This document shows, piece after piece, positions 1 through 8,520 of a DNA stretch of 14,078 bases. How positions within the stretch are numbered: the first letter of the stretch is position 1; the number at the start of each line of letters is the position of its first letter. The translations under genes and the position numbers were made by a program. The notes beneath the pieces were generated by a model, which saw only the letters and a list, made by a program, of their open reading frames with translations, did no database searches and was not told the origin of the DNA. The stretch is from positions 1 to 14,078 of the forward strand of contig JBNKUM010000064.1 of NCBI GenBank assembly GCA_050298595.1, read 5' to 3'. Source of the stretch: Gammaproteobacteria bacterium (GTDB lineage: Bacteria; Pseudomonadota; Gammaproteobacteria; GCA-001735895).

Positions 1-991
1 CGATGGAAATGATACCTTGTCAGGACTGGGCGGTAATGATGTTTTGATTGGTGGTCAGGGCGATGACACTTATGTCATCACTGCAGCTAACGGAATCGAT
101 GAGATATTCGATACTGACGGTATCAATACCATTCGCTTTACCAGTGACATCAGTTTTGGTGATGTGGCCAGTGGATTAGTTAAGTCGGGTGATGATCTCA
201 TCTTGCAAGTGGGAAGCAATGGTGACGAGGTCAGGATCGATAACTTTTTCACTTTGACCAATACCATTGAATCCCTGGAATTTGATAGTGGTGGTTCAAT
301 TACTGCGGCTCAACTCTATGGTGCTTTTGGATTGGCAGCACCTACCGAATCTGAAAACTCAGTCAGTATGTTCAGCAACAGGCCGAGCAGTGCTGTCAAT
401 ATCAATTTGGGAAGTAAAGGTAATGACAATATTTCCGGTACAACCAGTGATGACATTATTCATGCCTTAAAAGGCGATGATAGTATTAACGGTGCTGACG
501 GTAACGATACCCTCTATGGCGGTGAAGGTAGTGATACTATCTATGGGGGGGCAGGTGACGACACTCTAAGTGGTGGTAGTGGTATCAACGACTACTTATC
601 GGGTGAGGGCGGAAACGACACCTACCTGTTTGGTGTAGGCGATGGAGCAGATACGGTATATAACTATGATACCAATGCTGCTAGCGTCGATGTCGCGAGA
701 TTCGAGGATGTCTCGATGGAGGATCTATGGTTTAGCCAAAGTGGCAATAACCTGCAGATCACCGTTGCGGGCACCGATGACAGGGTGACAATCAGCAATT
801 GGTATAGCAGTACAAATTTTCAGCTTGATCAGATTGAAGTAGGTACTTCTACTCTTCTGAATAATCAGATTGACCAATTAGTGTCTGCAATGGCTGCATT
901 TGATGTGCCTAGTGGTGCAGGTAATGTGATTCCTCAGAATGTTATTGATCAATTACATCCTGTAATCGTTGAGTCATGGCAAACCGTATAA
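1..991 (+). CDS. RTX (haemolysin-type) calcium-binding repeat protein, C-terminal part (5'-partial); likely type I secretion substrate
   Basis: The frame is open from position 2 (DGNDTLSGLGGND...), so the TTG at 17 is not the true start. Multiple GGxGxD nonapeptides (GLGGNDVLI, GGQGDDTYV, GGEGSDTIY, GGAGDDTLS, GEGGNDTYL). Two haemolysin-type Ca-binding-related modules (KSGDDLILQV...IDNFF; QSGNNLQITV...ISNWY...IEV) and a typical C-terminal tail (QIDQLVSAMAAF). Confidence 0.92.
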   Translation, partial: DGNDTLSGLGGNDVLIGGQGDDTYVITAANGIDEIFDTDGINTIRFTSDISFGDVASGLVKSGDDLILQVGSNGDEVRIDNFFTLTNTIESLEFDSGGSITAAQLYGAFGLAAPTESENSVSMFSNRPSSAVNINLGSKGNDNISGTTSDDIIHALKGDDSINGADGNDTLYGGEGSDTIYGGAGDDTLSGGSGINDYLSGEGGNDTYLFGVGDGADTVYNYDTNAASVDVARFEDVSMEDLWFSQSGNNLQITVAGTDDRVTISNWYSSTNFQLDQIEVGTSTLLNNQIDQLVSAMAAFDVPSGAGNVIPQNVIDQLHPVIVESWQTV

Positions 992-1128
992 GATAGATAT
1001 CGGATATTACTTACTCCGACACTCCTACCCAACAAAATCGGTTAGGGATTAATCGAGATGATATTCAATCACATTTTAATGAAGTTGTAATTGGTGATTG
1101 GAAATGGGTTACTGATGCCTACAAAAGC

Positions 1129-1157
1129 AATAAAGTCACTCTATGAGTGGCTTTATT
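1129..1157. terminator. Probable bidirectional rho-independent terminator
   Basis: AATAAAGTCACTC-TAT-GAGTGGCTTTATT forms a 13-bp stem (one G:U pair) with A/T-rich ends, between the convergent RTX and GNAT genes. Confidence 0.75.
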
Positions 1158-1181
1158 TATGCCGAGAATAGTTTTTGGTCA

Positions 1182-1598
1182 TTAGTCATCCTGTAATCGC
1201 TTTCCAAGGCCAATAACCTTATCGTCCAGATATCCCAGAGCCTGATAAAAATTAATCGCCTGGTTATTAGATTCGCGAATTTGCAGATTGACCTTTGGGC
1301 AACCGAGGGATTCCAGGGCTGATTCTGCGTGCTGCATGATCTGGCGCCCGTATCCACAGCGTTGGAATTCAGGACTGACAGCCAGATAATTTACCCAGCC
1401 TCTGTGTCCTTCATAGCCCACCATCACTGAAGCGATGACCACATGGTTCTGTACACCAACGAAAAATAATTCGCCATCTCTGGCAAGTTTTCGCTGAATA
1501 TCCTTCACTGGGTCATTCCACGGACGTAACAGCTCGCAGGCTTCCCATAATGCAATCACCTGATCCTGATCGGCGGGTTGATAACTTCGAATATCCAT
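1182..1598 (-). CDS. ypeA: GNAT family acetyltransferase, YpeA-like
   Basis: LW..C.LLRPWNDP.KDI.RKL, VMVGYEGHRGWVNYLAV.P..QR.GYG and GCPKVNLQIR.N are characteristic of YpeA. The likely start is ATG 1598 (MDIRSY...), 5 nt after the upstream dioxygenase stop; the ORF track uses TTG 1619. Confidence 0.88.
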   Translation of the reverse strand: MDIRSYQPADQDQVIALWEACELLRPWNDPVKDIQRKLARDGELFFVGVQNHVVIASVMVGYEGHRGWVNYLAVSPEFQRCGYGRQIMQHAESALESLGCPKVNLQIRESNNQAINFYQALGYLDDKVIGLGKRLQDD

Positions 1599-1603
1599 TC
1601 GAT

Positions 1604-2275
1604 TTACAGGTCCACCCAACGCCTTACCAGATTATTAAAAGTCGCACTGACCTTACGCGTAGCTTCTGATTCTGGTAACTCCTTGAATAGCATTTCACGT
1701 GCCTGGTTTAACTCGTGTAGCATTTCACGTTTGGCAGGATCTCGTACCGTGCTCTGTGCCCAGGTCACGGCAACAAGTCTGACCCCTTTGGTAACGGGAG
1801 CTACATAGTGCCGACTATGGGAAGGGTAGATCACTGCCGAACCAGCGGGTAGTTTGATCTGCCTTTCACCATAGGTATCCATGATGGTTAATTCACCACC
1901 TTCGTATTCATCAGGATCGGATAAAAATATCGTGGTAGATACGTCGGTTCGATAAGGGTCGCCCTGACCCATAACGGGATCATCCACATGTTCACCATAT
2001 TGCATACCCGCTTCATAGCGCGCATAAAAAGGGACGGCGACTCGCTTGGGCCAGGCGGCGGCCTTATATTTTGGATGTCGTACCAGATTGTTCATCACCA
2101 GTTCGTTGAGCTGGTTGAAATGCTCCGAATGCGGATTCATTTCCTGATTGTTTTTAACGCCTTTGGCTACCATACCAGCAGAAAGCTTGCCGTCTACAAA
2201 CGGTGAGTCATCTAACAACTGGCGGATTTTCTTCAGGTTTTCTACGGATATGAGGTGTTTGATTGAGACTAACAT
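1604..2275 (-). CDS. PKHD-type Fe(II)/2-oxoglutarate-dependent dioxygenase (YbiX/PiuC family)
   Basis: FVDGKLSAG..AK.VKNNQE, YGEHVDD (HxD), RTDVSTTIFLSDPDEYEGGEL, YPS.SRHYVAPVTKGVR (distal His and 2OG-binding Arg), C-terminal NNLVRRW. Confidence 0.92.
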   Translation of the reverse strand: MLVSIKHLISVENLKKIRQLLDDSPFVDGKLSAGMVAKGVKNNQEMNPHSEHFNQLNELVMNNLVRHPKYKAAAWPKRVAVPFYARYEAGMQYGEHVDDPVMGQGDPYRTDVSTTIFLSDPDEYEGGELTIMDTYGERQIKLPAGSAVIYPSHSRHYVAPVTKGVRLVAVTWAQSTVRDPAKREMLHELNQAREMLFKELPESEATRKVSATFNNLVRRWVDL

Positions 2276-2309
2276 GGGTATAATCGCGCTTAAATTTTAG
2301 AGGCTGACC

Positions 2310-2633
2310 ATGATACTGAATATCCGAGTAGAAGACCAAAGCTATCCTGTTGAAGTACCAGAAAATATTCTCACTTCAGCGGGCGAATATTTCCAAAAAC
2401 TTGACGCAGATATGGATAAAGGCTGGCAAATGAGCCGTAGCTGGGTGGATAATCCGACCCCCGAACAGCGTTGTCAAATTGTAGCTGATCGTATCCTTGG
2501 TGCTTTTGAGCATGAAAACAAAAAGTCACTGGTTTTGCTTTCTGCTTATATTCTTTCACGTTTTCCACAGTTAAAGGCCATCGACATCAGTACTACCGGT
2601 GAGATTCAGGAAACCAGCTTCGAATTTGAATGA
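2310..2633 (+). CDS. Hypothetical protein (107 aa)
   Basis: AGAGG RBS upstream; plausible globular sequence (KLDADMDKGWQMSRSWVDNP...QRCQIVADRIL); ATGA overlap with pldA suggests translational coupling. Confidence 0.8.
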   Translation: MILNIRVEDQSYPVEVPENILTSAGEYFQKLDADMDKGWQMSRSWVDNPTPEQRCQIVADRILGAFEHENKKSLVLLSAYILSRFPQLKAIDISTTGEIQETSFEFE

Positions 2634-3652
2634 TTCAACAGATGTTTCGTTACCTGTGCCTGATATTATTACTATCTGTTTACCAGCCATTTGTGTATGC
2701 AGATGACAACAACTGTCAACCAATTACAGACGACCAACAAAGACTTGAATGTTATGATCGGCAGGACAAATCATCAGCCCCTGTATCAGAATCACACAAT
2801 ACTGCATTGAGCGGGTTCGAGCTTGCGGGTAAGGATGAAACAACATCGCTATTAACAGAAAGATGGGAGCTGGATTCCAACCCCGGTGAGTTTATTTTTA
2901 GACCTTACAAGCCCGTTTATTTTTTCCCGGTTTTTTACAGCTCAAACATCAATACCTTACCTAAATCACCCACCCATGCTGTGGCAGCGGCTGATGAGTT
3001 ACCCATCGACTCTGTAGAAACCAAGTTCCAACTCAGTTTTAAAACCAAATTGGCGAGGAGCTTATTAGGTGATAATGGCGATCTCTGGTTAGGCTATACT
3101 CAGTCATCACGCTGGCAAATTTACAACGGGGATAACTCCAGGCCATTCCGGGAAACCAATCACGAGCCTGAATTTATTTTTACCTGGCGCAGTCAATTTG
3201 AGTTTATGGGGTACACAGGCCGGATGCTTAGTCTCAGCCTTAACCATCAATCCAATGGGCGCGAAGGAGAACTATCCCGCAGCTGGAATCGCGCCATACT
3301 GACTATAGGAATGGATCGTCCCGACTGGGCAGTGATGTTTCGCCCCTGGTGGCGACTACCAGAAAAGTATAGCGATGATGACAATCCTGATATAGAAGAC
3401 TATCTGGGTAGAGCAGAGTTACTCGTGGTACACCGCAAGCGAAACTCGCATCAGGTATCGGCACTGATTCGCCACTCCTTACGCTCCGGCGATAACTCAC
3501 ACGCTTCGATAAACCTGAATTACTCATACCCCTGTTTTGATCGTCTGCGTTGTCATGCGCAGATTTTTTCGGGCTATGGCGAAAGCATGATTGATTACAA
3601 TCAGAGAACTACAACGCTGGGACTTGGAATCGCCTTATTGGAGTGGTTTTAG
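2630..3652 (+). CDS. pldA: Outer membrane phospholipase A (OMPLA)
   Basis: Signal peptide (..VYA|D), ETKFQLSFK, GYTQSSRWQIYN..NSRPFRETNHEPE, catalytic HQSNG, SRSWNR, DDNPDIEDYLG, GYGESMIDYN, C-terminal aromatic WF. Confidence 0.95.
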   Translation: MIQQMFRYLCLILLLSVYQPFVYADDNNCQPITDDQQRLECYDRQDKSSAPVSESHNTALSGFELAGKDETTSLLTERWELDSNPGEFIFRPYKPVYFFPVFYSSNINTLPKSPTHAVAAADELPIDSVETKFQLSFKTKLARSLLGDNGDLWLGYTQSSRWQIYNGDNSRPFRETNHEPEFIFTWRSQFEFMGYTGRMLSLSLNHQSNGREGELSRSWNRAILTIGMDRPDWAVMFRPWWRLPEKYSDDDNPDIEDYLGRAELLVVHRKRNSHQVSALIRHSLRSGDNSHASINLNYSYPCFDRLRCHAQIFSGYGESMIDYNQRTTTLGLGIALLEWF

Positions 3653-3874
3653 CCATAAAAACTGAAACAACTCTCATTACAGAAGGATTCCGCTTCTTTC
3701 AGTGTAAGGGATATCGATAAATATGACTGTAATATCGTTTTCTCGGCATCTGAATATGACACAATCCTGATTGATCTGTGGCATATTTCCAGCTCAGTAA
3801 AGAGCGTATATAACTTGAATATATAAGCAAATACTAATACACTTTCGAGCTTTGCTAGCTGCGAGTCAATCGAA

Positions 3875-5263
3875 ATGACAACTTCCCATCAGGATAGTAT
3901 TCAAGCGAAACGTATTGCCGGAATCATCAGTGTTGTTATTTTCGTGCTTGCTTCCATCAACGGTATCTTCACCTATTCAGGCGCTCATTTATTTATCGAT
4001 GAAATGCTGTATGCCGCACTTTTTGCAGTAGCAGTGCAATTCTCAATCGCAGTCAGCCTGATTGCGCTGCCGTTTGTAAAAGGTCTGGGTAAACTAGTGC
4101 TATTGCTGGTTTATCTGGCTGCTTTGACGCTTTCAACTCTATCTGCCTATACCTATATCTACAATGCCGGGCTACCAGGTGCGCTTTCGGATAGTACTGC
4201 GGTGAATACCCAGCTAAAAGCGAGAGTAGCGGATCAGCTAAGTGAAGTGATGCTGGCAGAGCAATCCTATATAGATAATAAGACTCAACAACTGGCTTTT
4301 TTAAAGCGTCAGGCCGAAGAGGAAGCCTTACATGGTTATCGATCTGGTCTGGGTGCAGGGAAGGGGCCTGAGTATTATAAAAAGATGGAAGCACTGGCTG
4401 CTGATGAGGTTCGTTTTGAGGCAGAGAAACGCAAGTTTTCCGAAGCCAGAGATATCTATGTTGAAATGGATACGGCGCTAAAAATAAAAAGCGATGACCA
4501 GCGTGAAAAACTCATTCTATTGTTAGCCAAATTAAAATCGGTGGTGATTACTGATCAATCCAAAGCTATTGTGACAGAAATCAGTCAGGGCAAACTGGCT
4601 GTCATCCTCAGCCCGGTTGAAAGCGCAATGGCGGTGATCTTGGATCGAGATCATTATTCGATACAGCTGGCTGTCAGTGTGATCTGGGCGGCGGTATTTG
4701 ATTTACTGGCATTGTTCATGGGAATCATCCGTTATTACATCCTGCGCCCCAGATATTCAATTTTGAATGCGATCTATGATTCCATCGCGGCGTTTGTTAC
4801 CTTTATCATTCGTCTAGGCTATATCCGCAAGGATGCACGTCAGAAATATAATCTGGAATTGCAAAAGCAAAGCCACGGTACGCCACTGAATTCTTCTGAA
4901 ATGCAATCCTTCGCCACTTATGTGATGGCGGGTAGCCTGTTTTCCGCGGCTGAAGGGCAGGATGCCATTCAGCCATTACACAACCTGATCAGTCATATCG
5001 AGCCGTTAAAGCTGGAACACGATCCACGTGGTGTCGGTATTCCATTCAATGTGGTGGATGAGCAAAAAGAAATGAAAACGCTGATGGCGATGCTGATTCA
5101 AAACGAGATATTCCTGTCGAATGTTGAAAATCAGGTGTATGTATTAAACCCCGGTAGCGAGATGGCTCAGAAAATTCTGGTTTTTATCAAGATGGGCCTG
5201 AAAGACCCAAGTAAACAGAAAGAGCTGTCACGCTTTATGATGCCAGCAGAGACAATGAGCTGA
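3875..5263 (+). CDS. Uncharacterised inner-membrane protein: 3 N-terminal TM helices, coiled-coil, further hydrophobic segment(s) and a soluble C-terminal domain (DUF4407-like)
   Basis: 462-aa ORF. Hydrophobic segments at about aa 15-40, 45-68, 74-97 and 265-290. The charged helical region contains EALHGYRSGLGAGKGPEYY, which resembles the G-x-G-P-x-Y turn of DUF4407 proteins. The family assignment is tentative. Confidence 0.75.
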   Translation: MTTSHQDSIQAKRIAGIISVVIFVLASINGIFTYSGAHLFIDEMLYAALFAVAVQFSIAVSLIALPFVKGLGKLVLLLVYLAALTLSTLSAYTYIYNAGLPGALSDSTAVNTQLKARVADQLSEVMLAEQSYIDNKTQQLAFLKRQAEEEALHGYRSGLGAGKGPEYYKKMEALAADEVRFEAEKRKFSEARDIYVEMDTALKIKSDDQREKLILLLAKLKSVVITDQSKAIVTEISQGKLAVILSPVESAMAVILDRDHYSIQLAVSVIWAAVFDLLALFMGIIRYYILRPRYSILNAIYDSIAAFVTFIIRLGYIRKDARQKYNLELQKQSHGTPLNSSEMQSFATYVMAGSLFSAAEGQDAIQPLHNLISHIEPLKLEHDPRGVGIPFNVVDEQKEMKTLMAMLIQNEIFLSNVENQVYVLNPGSEMAQKILVFIKMGLKDPSKQKELSRFMMPAETMS

Positions 5264-5338
5264 GCGATAGATGAAACGCTGCTGGCAACATACTCAAAGC
5301 CGTTCTAGAATGACTGTGTCACCTGATTCAGAAGACTC

Positions 5339-5509
5339 ATGCAATTCCTGATATTCATACTTTTGGGGTTATCGATATCTCTCTACTTCACTTTCAGCTT
5401 GCTGAAGAAACGAGAGTCATGGCGCTATCTGGTGTTCCTTGTGCTGATAGATATCTGGTTTAGCATAGTGCTGATTTATCTGCTGTATAGTGCATTATTT
5501 GGTGCTTGA
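5339..5509 (+). CDS. Putative small two-helix membrane protein (56 aa), not in the ORF track
   Basis: Manual translation: MQFLIFILLGLSISLYFTFSLLKKRESWRYLVFLVLIDIWFSIVLIYLLYSALFGA*. Two hydrophobic helices are joined by a basic KKRESWR loop. Overlaps the aat 3' end by 15 nt; the RBS is weak. Confidence 0.55.
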   Translation: MQFLIFILLGLSISLYFTFSLLKKRESWRYLVFLVLIDIWFSIVLIYLLYSALFGA

Positions 5510-6193
5510 TTCCTGCTTCTGAGTGTTTGCTTCAGTGTTGGTTTGAGTGTAACGACTTAACAGAGATTCAAAATCTAAACGCGATATTTCCTTTGCACCC
5601 AGGTTTATCAGATGATCGGTTTTCATCTGGCAGTCGATCATTCGATATTTCCCACATTCCACCAGGGTCTTCAAACAATATCTGGATGCATAGTTAGCGC
5701 GTCTAAACATCGATTCACCAAAAAAAACCTCTCCCAGAGCAACGCCATAAAGACCTCCAATCATGACATTGTCATCATTCCAGCACTCATAGGAATGCGC
5801 TAAACCGGCTTTATGCAATTCATAATAGGCATTAATGATAGCTTTTGATATCCATGTGCTGGGCTGGTTGGGACGCGATTCGGCGCAGGCTTGCATAACC
5901 TCTTTAAAACGCTGGTCGACAGTGACCTGATAGCTCGTTTTTTTGAGAAATTTACGGAATGAGCGATTGATTCTGAAATTTTCTGGAAAAAGTACCGTAC
6001 GCGGTGCTGGACTCCACCAGAGTATGGGTTCACCTTCATTGAACCAGGGGAATATGCCTAGAGAGTATGACTTTTTCAACCATTCGGTTGACAGCTGCCC
6101 ACCTGCTGCCAGCAATCCGTTTGGGCTATTTAAAGCTTCGGAAGTATCAGGAAAGTTAATCGGTAAACGCGGGTCTAGCCAGGGGACCATCAT
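5495..6193 (-). CDS. aat: Leucyl/phenylalanyl-tRNA--protein transferase (N-degron pathway)
   Basis: PNGLLAAGG.L, YSLGIFPWF.EGEPILWWSP.PR, TWIS, AHSYECW, GGLYGVALG.VFFGESMF, IDCQ..T.HL..LGA. Confidence 0.96.
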   Translation of the reverse strand: MMVPWLDPRLPINFPDTSEALNSPNGLLAAGGQLSTEWLKKSYSLGIFPWFNEGEPILWWSPAPRTVLFPENFRINRSFRKFLKKTSYQVTVDQRFKEVMQACAESRPNQPSTWISKAIINAYYELHKAGLAHSYECWNDDNVMIGGLYGVALGEVFFGESMFRRANYASRYCLKTLVECGKYRMIDCQMKTDHLINLGAKEISRLDFESLLSRYTQTNTEANTQKQESSTK

Positions 6194-7347
6194 TGATTCT
6201 CTTTGCGATAGGGCGATTTTTCTGCCTGAGTGCGGCAGAATTCATTGATATAGGCTTCTTCCTGCCTGAGGTAGTTCTGGATCATGCGATGAAAGTCCTG
6301 ATTGACCATCCAGTGTGCAGAACAGGTTCTGGTCGGCAGAAAGCCGCGACTGATTTTATGCTCACCCTGAGCACCGGGATCAAAATGCAGTAGCCCATGT
6401 TCAATACAGTAGTCTATGCCCTGATAATAACAACATTCAAAATGTAGGTGGTTATAGTATTCATCGCAACCCCATACGCGTCCGAACAGGGTAGTGTCGC
6501 TGATAAAAAATAACGATGCGGCAAAGATATGATCATCTTTCTCTGCACACACCACCATTACACGTTGCTTTAACTGATGACCTACAGACTGGAAGAACTC
6601 GGCACTCAGGGTAGGGGTGCCATACTTACGATCAAAAATACCGGCATAGAGTTGATGTACACGCGCCCACTGTTGATGGCTTAATTCATCGCCGTAGTAC
6701 TGTTTGATCTGGATATCTGCCTGCTGAACCGACTGACGTTCCCGGCGGATATTCTTGCGTTTTCGTGAAGTCAGGCGCGATAGAAAATCATCGAAATGCT
6801 GATAGTTGTCATTATGCCAGTGGTACTGGCAGTCGTAGCGGTATAACAGTGGATCGGCTGATACCAGATTTTTGGCGGTGACTTCACGTTCAAATAGTAA
6901 ATGCCAGCCACTGAGTTTATTGGCAATACAGAATTGTTGAATAACGCGCAGCAGGTCATTGCGTAAAGCCTGTTGCTTCTCTATTTCCTGAATATCACGA
7001 TGAATTAGAAATCTGGGGCCAGTGGCCGGGGTGTAGGGGATAGCACTGACCAGCTTAGGGTAATAGTTAAAACCGGAACGTTCATAAGCATCAGCCCAGC
7101 TATGATCAAATACAAGCTCACCATAAGAGTTGTTTTTGATGTAACAGGCTATAGCGGCGAGGGTTTTCTGATCCTGTTTTATCAGGAAATACACCGGTTG
7201 CCAGCCATATTCGAGAAGACAGTGCTGCTGCTCCAGCGCGAGCAGAAATTCGTGGCGGGTGAATGGATAATCGGCCTCGCCGAGAGCGTTCCACTGTTCT
7301 GAATCGATCTCGTCGAGGCGCTGTATTATCGTAACTTCATTGTGCAC
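6190..7347 (-). CDS. DUF482 / FemAB-like GNAT-fold protein
   Basis: PF.RHEFL.ALE, SYGELVFDHSWADAY...G..YYPKL..AIPYTPATGPR, SRKRKNIRRER, LHFECCYYQGIDYCI, FDPGAQGEHKISRGFLP. GTG start; ATGA overlap with aat. Confidence 0.92.
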   Translation of the reverse strand: MHNEVTIIQRLDEIDSEQWNALGEADYPFTRHEFLLALEQQHCLLEYGWQPVYFLIKQDQKTLAAIACYIKNNSYGELVFDHSWADAYERSGFNYYPKLVSAIPYTPATGPRFLIHRDIQEIEKQQALRNDLLRVIQQFCIANKLSGWHLLFEREVTAKNLVSADPLLYRYDCQYHWHNDNYQHFDDFLSRLTSRKRKNIRRERQSVQQADIQIKQYYGDELSHQQWARVHQLYAGIFDRKYGTPTLSAEFFQSVGHQLKQRVMVVCAEKDDHIFAASLFFISDTTLFGRVWGCDEYYNHLHFECCYYQGIDYCIEHGLLHFDPGAQGEHKISRGFLPTRTCSAHWMVNQDFHRMIQNYLRQEEAYINEFCRTQAEKSPYRKENQ

Positions 7348-7365
7348 GATAGTGAGTCAAAGAAG

Positions 7366-8328
<963 letters not shown>

Positions 8329-8520
8329 TTATATTTTCCTGCAATAACGAGATGAAAATTTTAGTGGCGTAGTTTACCTGAAAAATCATGCAAAAAGCCG
8401 CAGCAAATTACAGGACTTTTGTATGCTTGTATATGTTTGATCTGTTTTAGCAAATGCAAGGTTTAGTTTTACGTGGGTTACTGTAAAATGGTTCACATTC
8501 ATTTCAAGCGACACATCGAT

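Noticed and set aside
1000-1025. ACTCCGACAC after the RTX gene, resembling the REP-like motif at 11706
   Set aside because: Short partial match with no convincing partner repeat.
3789-3870. Weak palindromes upstream of the 462-aa gene (TATATA-N7-TATATA; TCGAGCT...AGCTGCGA) as a riboswitch or operator
   Set aside because: Low-complexity or short stems with no recognisable family signature.
6609-6616. KOPS motif GGGTAGGG near ftsK
   Set aside because: A single octamer inside a CDS is expected by chance and unrelated to the position of ftsK.
8479-8500. LexA box upstream of ftsK (TACTGTAAAATGGTTCACAT)
   Set aside because: The left half CTGT is present but there is no ACAG at the 8-bp spacing.
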